Assembly (NCBI RefSeq): GCF_006345805.1
Contig: NW_021825033.1
Coordinates: forward strand, 1 to 16,850
From: Octopus sinensis
Taxonomy: Eukaryota
Direction: 5' to 3'
DNA length: 16,850 nt
Below, piece after piece: positions 1 to 7,976 of the stretch. Under the pieces are notes generated by a model, which was given only the letters and a program-made list of their open reading frames with translations, was not told the DNA's origin and ran no database searches. Position numbers and translations under genes: made by a program. Positions within the stretch are counted from its first letter, which is position 1; every line of letters starts with the position of its first letter.

Positions 1-107
1 CATTCAAAAGAGATATCTCAAGAATCAATCACTTCTACCATCCACAACAAGTCACTTTCAGGGCACTTGACCATTTAACATCCTACTACTATCATAGCAC
101 TCCCGCA

Positions 108-141
108 TTCTTCTTCTTCTTCTTCTTCTTCTTCTTTCTTA

Positions 142-208
<67 letters not shown>
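108..208. repeat. Compound microsatellite (TTC)n followed by (TTA)n
   Basis: Tandem trinucleotide arrays read directly from the sequence. Confidence 0.97.
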
Positions 209-209
<1 letters not shown>

Positions 210-378
210 TTTGCCAAGAATTCACAACGACCACGAACTCACGAGAGTAAACAAGAGAGACAGAGACAGAAACAGGCAGAAACAAGGAAAATGCCCCTTG
301 TATGTGAATACTATGCAAATATTCTTTTAAAAATCTTTTCATTTAATTTTTCTAAAATCTAATTGTTTTTCATACTTA

Positions 379-414
379 CAGTTGAAAAAGTTTCAATGAC
401 CGAAACCGGTACTG
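379..414 (+). ncRNA. Minimal type I hammerhead ribozyme-like motif (Penelope-like element type, U3-A8 core variant), possibly decayed
   Basis: CAG-TTGAAAA-AGTT(TCAAT)GACC-GAA-ACCGGT-A-CTG: stem I CAG/CTG, core UUGAAAA, short stem II, GAAA, palindromic stem III ACCGGT, GUA cleavage triplet. The first stem II pair is A-C instead of G-C. Confidence 0.55.
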
Positions 415-433
415 AAATGTTTTTATAAAATTA

Positions 434-665
434 CTAGATTAAGGTGACCCGCTCTACACGCGGGTGAGGGTTTGGTTGTTACTTTCTATTGCTTCCTTTC
501 TGTTTCTTATCGCCACATTCTCCCTCTTTGTTTCTCTCTCCTTTCTCTTTCACTTTCCCACTCTCTTATTCTTCCTTTCTCTCGGACTCTCCATCGCTCT
601 CTCTTACTCTCTATCTTTATCTATCTCTCTCCCATTTATAAAAAACAAAAGATCTTGAGTAAGTT
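434..665 (-). mobile_element. Helitron-like 3' terminal fragment (left arm of the inverted repeat)
   Basis: Hairpin ACCCGC-N7-GCGGGT at 447-465, then on the minus strand 9 nt and CTAG|T at 437-434. The inner boundary is uncertain. Confidence 0.6.
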
Positions 666-843
666 GAGAAAGAAAATATTTAGAAAGATCAAACATAAAC
701 ATCAGGCAGTGACAACGGAAAGCACACTTGCCTGTTGTACGTGCCATTTTTTGAGCGATTAAAAATAAGGAAACAAGGGATTTTTTTGTTGAATTTAGGA
801 CTTATTTTGGGATTTTTTCGACGATTGACCATGCAAAGGTCTG

Positions 844-1091
844 AACTTACTCAAGATCTTTTGTTTTTTATAAATGGGAGAGAGATAGATAAAGATAGAG
901 AGTAAGAGAGAGCGATGGAGAGTCCGAGAGAGAAAGGAGAGAGAGAAGGAAGAATAAGAGAGTGGGGAAAGTGAAAGAGAAAGGAGAGAGAAACAAAGAG
1001 GGAGAATGTGGCGATAATAAACAGAAGGAAGCAATAGGAGTAAGTAACAACCAAACCCTCACCCGCGTGTAGAGCGGGTCACCTTATCTAG
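844..1091 (+). mobile_element. Helitron-like 3' terminal fragment (right arm of the inverted repeat)
   Basis: Hairpin ACCCGC-GTGTAGA-GCGGGT at 1061-1079, 8 nt spacer, CTAG at 1088-1091 followed by T. No clear 5' TC terminus was found. Confidence 0.6.
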
Positions 1092-1110
1092 TAATTTTAT
1101 AAAAACATTT

Positions 1111-1146
1111 CAGTACCGGTTTCGGTCATTGAAACTTTTTCAACTG
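1111..1146 (-). ncRNA. Second, inverted copy of the hammerhead-like motif
   Basis: Exact reverse complement of 379-414. Confidence 0.55.
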
Positions 1147-1399
1147 TAAGTATGAAAAACAATTAGATTTTAGAAAAATTAAATGAAAAGATTGCTTCCT
1201 TTCTGTTTCTTAAATGTTGCCTTAATTTTCAAAATTTCGAACCCATTTTCCGTGCTTAAATTACAAATCCGCTTCCACTTTACCATGTTGAAAATTTGAT
1301 TGAAAACGGGTAAAAGGTGTCCAGTCTAGACCCCCAAGTATCCCCAAAAATCAATAAAATCCCCGTTTTCACATTCCAATTGAATAAAAGGATAAAAGT

Positions 1400-1426
1400 A
1401 TAATATATATAATACATATATATACA

Positions 1427-1506
<80 letters not shown>

Positions 1507-1507
1507 T

Positions 1508-1541
<34 letters not shown>

Positions 1542-1548
1542 ATATAAT
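1400..1548. repeat. Imperfect (TA)n microsatellite
   Basis: Read directly from the sequence. Confidence 0.95.
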
Positions 1549-1901
1549 ATTCATTATAATCAAGGATAAAAGCTATGTAGGATTTCCCTCGCTTCACTCG
1601 TGTCTATATGATAAAATAAGGTAGTTTTAGAACCATTTGGTTTCTCCTTCTAGCATGTGGCGTTACTCAATAGTTGCCCTTGTTATAATTATATATATGT
1701 ATATATAAATATATATATATATATTCAAATTTTCTTATAAATTATGTTTTTAAGTATACTTCACAACACATGGGCTGTATTAATAATTGCTCATTACGAG
1801 CTGAATCGAAGGATAAGAGAAATTATAGAAGGAACACATCGAGGCAATCAATACAAATTCCAAAGCATAATTTAAAGTACACAACGAAATAAATATACAT
1901 A

Positions 1902-2273
1902 TCTTTATATATAAAACTGTAGTTGTGTGAGTGTCTGTCCCCTTCGATTTAGATTCCTAACTACTCCCACATTTTGCGGTGCAGTTTAACCAAAACCAGG
2001 TATCTTATAGTCGTGATTCATATCGAGCCCTTCTGGGTATTAGCACGCGTCTACGATTTTAAAAATAATTTACCATCATTTTTTTCCATTTTAAGGCATA
2101 TTTTTTTAAAGGGAAGTAACTCTCTAAAAATGTCTACGATGAGTCAACGATTTAAAAAAAAAATTACCATCATATTTTTTCAATTTTTTTGCTATTTTTT
2201 GGCTATAACTCTCTAAAAATGCTTTATAGTTATTTCCCTTACAAACCCGAGCAACGCCGGGCGATACTGCTAG
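1902..2273 (+). mobile_element. Complete non-autonomous Helitron (~372 bp)
   Basis: 5' end A|TCTTTATATATAAAA; 3' hairpin CCCG(A)GC-AAC-GCCGGG at 2246-2261, 8 nt spacer, CTAG|T at 2270-2273. It sits between A and T with no TSD and has an internal imperfect tandem duplication (~2050-2221). Confidence 0.8.
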
Positions 2274-2626
2274 TAAATTTATATAAATAAGTGAATAAAA
2301 TTACATGTAAAAGTTATATGTCATAAGTATGCATTATATACGTTGGGTTCCAATCGATTAAGAATTTGATGTTTATATGAGTTATCGGATGAGAGTTCAA
2401 AATTTTAAAAGAGTTAAATAAATTTGGTAAAATATTACTACATAAGATAAATATTCAAACTCGGGGTTAAAAGACATCATCTACGGCCGTTTCAGGTGTA
2501 CGTTAAGTGTATAAATGGTGTTTTAAGTATTCCATATACAAAAACATAATGCCCTTCCCTCATCAGTATAGTTTCCATCGTGATGAAACCCTACATGATA
2601 ATAATTTGATAGATTATATATATATA

Positions 2627-2994
2627 CGGTAGAACCTCGCAGTACGAGCGCGCCATTGTACGAGTAATTTCGAATCTTTGTCTTGAAGTACGAGCGAAAA
2701 TCCGCAGTACACAAATCGTCCCGTCTTTAAGGTAATTCAGTTAATTAAACCAATTTACATATTTCTTTCGCAATCTCATTTTTATAATTGTCATTTTACT
2801 TGTAACTGCACCTTTTCTGTTGTTTTAAAACCCATAAAAAAAATTATTTTCGAGTGGTTTGGGGAGGTGGGGGTGGAACGGATAAATTGTATATTTTAGC
2901 TAAATTCAATGGGGAAAATTGATTTGTAAACGAGTAAATCGTAAAACGAACAACGTCATGGAATGAATTAAACTCGGACTGCGAGGTATCACTG
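2627..2994. mobile_element. Tc1/mariner-superfamily (Tigger/pogo-like) MITE
   Basis: TIRs CGGTAGAACCTCGCAGTACGAG (2627-2648) and CTCGGACTGCGAGGTATCACTG (2973-2994) match 17/22. TA on the left and CA on the right (possibly a decayed TA TSD). Internal GTACGAG repeats; no ORF. Confidence 0.75.
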
Positions 2995-3013
2995 CATATG
3001 TGTGTGGGAGGGG

Positions 3014-3040
3014 ACATACATACATACATACATAGATACA

Positions 3041-3119
<79 letters not shown>
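3014..3119. repeat. (CATA)n followed by (TA)n microsatellite
   Basis: Read directly from the sequence. Confidence 0.95.
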
Positions 3120-3122
<3 letters not shown>

Positions 3123-3472
3123 TATGCGTAAGGAGAATGAGAAATATCAAGAAATATCATGAAATCACGTGATCTCACACCTGATTACCTAAATAAGAGG
3201 ACACAAAAATATAAACGTGATTTTTATGGAAATTTAACAAGTAAAAACTGTTATTAATAATGTTTTTCTTTTCGAAATTTTTCAGTCACATTCACTGTGT
3301 GTATATGTATGCGTGGTGGTGGCGGTGTTTTTCACTTCTTAATGATTTCTTATGTTTGAAATACATATACTTAAATTGATATTAGCTATGCGTGATTGTG
3401 CGCATGCGTGTATAGGTGTGCGTGTATATTTGTGTGTGTATGTGTTTGTGTGTGAAGATTGATAGCTAGAAA

Positions 3473-3567
<95 letters not shown>
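3473..3567 (+). repeat. (GATA)n microsatellite
   Basis: Read directly from the sequence. Confidence 0.97.
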
Positions 3568-3939
3568 CAAGCATACAAACATATACACTCACATTCGCAC
3601 ATACATACATGTGTTTGTGTGTATCTCTAAGTCCTCGAACGTAATCCAAAAGAACATAATTATATTTATATAATAAGCAATAAAGGAAGTTAGTGTATTG
3701 AGCTGTACGGAATAAGTAACAACTTAAATGATTCAAGTAACGACTCTTTATCAAGAAAGGAAAGGGACGAAAGAAGTAAATAATTAATTAACAAGGGAGA
3801 CGAATTTCTGGTATCGTTTGGTCGTCTAACTTCTTTAGGAACGGGATGCTATCTGTATAACTCGGCTATAACTTTTTCTTTTTCAAATTATGTAGCATCA
3901 TACCCACCATATCCAATAATTTATCTTTATTACGATCCA

Positions 3940-4150
3940 GTAAGGGCACCTCCACATGATCGTTTAATTTGACATAAGTAACAGCCAAATTTCCCTGAAA
4001 TTACATCCTGCCATCTTAAAAGAGAACGTTGGATACTGTGGTCTTGGGTTCCCTAAACTCATCAGTAAAAAGGGGTGGGCATGGCTGGAACCCTTTCATT
4101 CATAGTTTTTTTTTTCGTTCAAGATTGACCTACTATTAAAAAACAACAAA
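3940..4150 (+). mobile_element. Degenerate 3' portion of an interspersed retro-repeat ending in an (AAC)-like tail
   Basis: CATGGCTGGAACCCTTTCATTCATAG...GATTGACCT...AAACAACAA resembles the reverse complement of 7456-7521, and GTAACAGCCAAAT resembles the reverse complement of 5282-5295. Alignment by eye. Confidence 0.45.
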
Positions 4151-4616
4151 ATATTACCTATCAATTCAACTCCTCAAACTCGTCTCTTCTCCTTCCCTCT
4201 TCCCCGCCGCCACTGATTTTATCGCTCATACGCTGCGAACCCCTTCACCAACTATTTCCTTACCAAGTATCAAACATCCCTGAACTCTCCATCTCTGCCT
4301 GCAACTGTTTTGCCGAACCTATGACAAAATGGGCCGACCAATACATGTCGATCTTCTCATTGCCCCTACCCCCGTTGATATCCACGAAATCAATCATAAT
4401 CCTCATTCCTTTGGCTTCTCGTCCTTCCCCGACCCTTTTTAGCTGTTGTGTCACCTCTTAACATTTTTATTGCTCCTTAATACTTTTTCCTTTTCCAGAG
4501 AATTTTACCAGTATCTTACTAATGTAGTTACATTTTAGTGTAGATGATCAAGTGTACTAAGATGTTTGTTCGTTATCATGAAATCCAAATCCTCACTTGG
4601 TCCGCATACGCAACTC

Positions 4617-4841
4617 TACTCTTTTACTCTTTTACTTGTTTCAGTCATTTGACTGTGGCCATGCTGGAGCACCACCTTTTTAGTCGAGGAAATCGACCCC
4701 AGGACTTATTCTTTGCAAGCCTAGTACTTATTCTATCGGTCTCTTTTGCCGAACCGCTAAGTTACGGGGACGTAAACACACCAGCATCGGTTGTCAAGTG
4801 ATGTTGGGGGGACAAACACAGACACACAAACATATATACAT

Positions 4842-4889
<48 letters not shown>

Positions 4890-5063
4890 ATATATATATA
4901 CGATGGGCTTCTTTCAGTTTCTGTCTACCAAATCCACTCACAAGGCTTTGGTCGGCCCGAGGCTATAGTAGAAGACACTTGCCCAAGGTGCCACGCAGTG
5001 GGACTGAACCCGGAACCATGTGGTTCGTAAGCAAGCTACTTACCACACAGCCACTCCTACGCC
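4617..5063 (-). mobile_element. tRNA-derived SINE family A, full-length copy 1
   Basis: Minus strand: A box TGGCTGTGTGG, B box GGTTCAGTCCC, CORE-like CCTTGGGCAAGT, central TA/TG microsatellite, 3' stem-loop CAGTCA-AA-TGACTG and (GTAAAAGA)n tail. Four further copies occur in the window. Confidence 0.9.
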
Positions 5064-5121
5064 TATGCATTTTTCCGCATTAAATATACTTGTGACAGAA
5101 AAAGTCTCAAAACATTTGGTC

Positions 5122-5636
5122 GGTGGAATTGCGCTTTAAGCACGCCATATAACCACTCATAACTTCTTTTAATTTTTGGGAATTTTCAGAAAACTTATGT
5201 GAGTTTGTGTTATACACAGGGAAATTCATACGCTTATACAAAAACCGAAAAGAATAAATTTAGGTGCATGATTTAAGACCTATTTAGCTGTTATTTTTAG
5301 CACATCTCACGACCACCTGATACTCTCCTCGTTTATTTATCTGAGTGACGTGTAGATGTCTTTCAATATCTTTCTCCTCGTAAACACATTTAATGGTCTA
5401 CGGCTGGGATTTAAGTCAAAAATTTCGGCTGTCCGCATTTTAAACTGTGGTTTTAAAAGAAAAATTCGAAAAATTAACCCATACATTTCTTTTAAATTTT
5501 GAAAACTTAATTTTTTTTTTCATAATTGCGTGAATTCCTCTGTGTAGAATACAAATTCGTAAAAAAAATTTTGAAAATTACAAGAAAATAAAAAAAGCTA
5601 TAAGGGATTATGGCGTGCTTCAAGCAGAATTCTGCC
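5122..5636. mobile_element. Non-autonomous DNA transposon/MITE with long degenerate TIRs (possibly Mutator-like)
   Basis: GGTGGAATTGCGCTTTAAGCACGCCATA... versus the reverse complement of the right end GGCAGAATTCTGCTTGAAGCACGCCATA...; similarity extends ~120 bp. Flanked by CATTTGGTC and CATTGGTC (imperfect 8-9 bp TSD). Confidence 0.7.
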
Positions 5637-5846
5637 CATTGGTCTTGCACGTTTTACAACTGTACAACACTGCAGGGTACTCACTTAAGAAATGAAGAGT
5701 TGTATTTAGGGTTAAGAATATATCATATTTTCGAACTGTAGCATTGCGGTTGAATGAAGACTTCGGTTTCTATGAATTTTTTCGGAATTTTGATATCTAA
5801 AAGTATGCTTTAATAAATTTATGAGACGAACTAAGTTCACTTGCAT

Positions 5847-5878
5847 TATATACATATATATATACACACACACACATG

Positions 5879-5927
<49 letters not shown>

Positions 5928-5960
5928 ATATATATATACATACATATTATATAATACATA
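5847..5960. repeat. Imperfect (TA)n/(CA)n microsatellite
   Basis: Read directly from the sequence. Confidence 0.9.
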
Positions 5961-6497
5961 CATTTAGATATAAATATACACATATACACTTATATGTGTG
6001 TGTGTCCGTGTGTCTTTGTGTGTGTATGTATATAGGCAAATAGGTTTGTACGTGGTTGTGTTATGATTGCATGTATATAAGTTTTTTATTATGTATGCAT
6101 GTATATACATCTGTATGCGTGTATTTATAAATTTAATCTCAAAAGACCTATCGAGCCAGATTTAATATAAACAATATATCATATCATAAGTATGTGGGCG
6201 TTGTGTTTGTGTAACCCCATGTGGTGTCCACTAGATTTCGGAACGATATGGTTTGCAATATGGCGAGAGAATGGCATCTAGAGTGTAAAATAAAAGAAAC
6301 GGTGTGATTGTTAGAGGGAGAGAGGGCGGGAAGATTGAGTAAAAAAAAGAGGGGTAAGAGGGGGAGAAAGGGATGGAAGAGAAAGAGAGTAAAAGGGAAA
6401 CTGTTGCCGACGTATAAATACGACGAAGGAATGACTTTATATTGTTTTCAATTGAGTTGTGTTAGAAGTAGAAAAGAGGATAACTATAGAGGACGAG

Positions 6498-6619
6498 CAG
6501 ACAGATAGGCAGACAGACAGACAGACAGACAGACAAATTGGAAAACGAACTGAAAAACAGACAGGCTGACAAATAGACAGACTGACAGAGCGATGGACAG
6601 ACAGGCAGGCAGGCAGTTG

Positions 6620-6709
<90 letters not shown>

Positions 6710-6848
6710 TAAAGACAACAGACAGAAGGAAAGACAAGGAGACAGACAGACATATAGACAGACAGATAGATAGGAAGTCAGGTAGACAGACGAACAGATA
6801 GGCAGACAGGCAGACAGACAAATTGATAGATAGATAGATAGATAGATG

Positions 6849-6885
<37 letters not shown>

Positions 6886-6886
6886 G

Positions 6887-6928
<42 letters not shown>

Positions 6929-7120
6929 CATACATACATACATACATACATACATACATACATACATAAATACATACATACATACATACATAGACAAACA
7001 GACGAGAGGACGGACACACAGTTGGACAAACGGACAGACAGACAGACACACACGCACGCACACACACACACACATACGGACGGACGGACGGATGAATCGA
7101 ATGACAGACAGACAAATAAA
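6498..7120 (+). repeat. Compound degenerate tetranucleotide block (GACA/GATA/CATA/GGAC)
   Basis: Read directly from the sequence; it explains the long YLSI/CMYV pseudo-ORFs. Confidence 0.95.
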
Positions 7121-7455
7121 CAGAGAGATAAAGAAAGAAATTAGGAAAACCTAGGTTGGTATGTCTGTTTGTAAACCTAAACAAAACTCATGGAGAGAGG
7201 GGGAAAAATGGTAAAGCGAGGATGACAGATAGTGAGAAATGGAGAATATTCTATAACGACACCTGATGTTTATTGACATGTTCATCGTTACAGTAAAAAG
7301 GTTGATACACAAGTTATATGTGAAAACAATGATATTGCAGAAAAAAGCAAAAAGAAGAACATTTTGGATGAATAAAAAGGTCGACATTGAATTATTTTTC
7401 ACATCAATCGACGGACACCATTTTGTACAGTTAGATTACGATTCCTATTGCTCCC

Positions 7456-7521
7456 GTTATTGCTGTTTATCCCAGATCTGCGCTGATCGAGCAGGCCAAT
7501 GATCAAAAGCATTCCAGTGAC
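7456..7521 (-). mobile_element. Short 3'-terminal fragment of the same repeat family as 3940-4150
   Basis: The minus strand reads GTCACTGGAATGCTTTTGATCATTGGCCTGCTCGATCAGCGCAGATCTGGGATAAACAGCAATAAC. Confidence 0.4.
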
Positions 7522-7530
7522 GTAATTCTT

Positions 7531-7607
<77 letters not shown>
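7531..7607 (+). repeat. (GATA)n array abutting the LINE 3' end
   Basis: Read directly from the sequence. Confidence 0.97.
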
Positions 7608-7976
7608 TGTTTCTTTATTAGCCACTCAGGGCTGCACACAGATAGAACAAATTACAAGGTAGAGCTTTTCTTTTGAAGGTTTAAAAAATTTTTTTTTTAA
7701 ATTAAAAAAAAGTTTCCATCAAAGGGATCGTAAAAGGGAGAAAGAGGACAAAAAAGGGGGTTAAAAAAGGGGGGAGAGGAAAAAAATTGATCAATAGGGA
7801 TCGTTATCACAGAAATGTCAATATGAAGTGTAAAGGAGGACAGGTGAGGTTTACCCGTGGAAAGAAAGCCTACGGAAAAGACCACGGTAACCTCGGTCAA
7901 TGAAGTCACATTTTATATTTCTTTTTTTTTTTTTTTTTTTTTGCAAATAAGCAATCTCTGTTTTCAATTTCTGGGT

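Larger units (their letters stand above)
332..1193. repeat. Long inverted repeat: arms ~332-665 and ~844-1193, spacer ~178 bp
   Basis: Left arm AATCTTTTCATT...GATCTTGAGTAAGTT is the reverse complement of right arm AACTTACTCAAGATC...AATGAAAAGATT, with small indels mostly in CT-rich tracts. Confidence 0.95.

Noticed and set aside
4990-5063. tRNA gene
   Set aside because: It has A and B boxes but no convincing cloverleaf; it is the head of a multi-copy SINE.
4601-5080. TCCGCAT on both sides of SINE copy 1 as a TSD
   Set aside because: The matches are offset from the element boundaries and short enough to arise by chance.
6437-7184. Long ORFs of 212-240 aa, and similar YLSI/CMYV/HTYI/IYIY ORFs elsewhere (e.g. 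13004-13583, 16204-16594)
   Set aside because: These are translations of stop-free microsatellite strands with no protein-like content.
7266-7502. 78-aa ORF or possible host exon
   Set aside because: No recognisable domain, it ends within a repeat fragment, and splice signals are unconvincing; it cannot be supported without RNA data.
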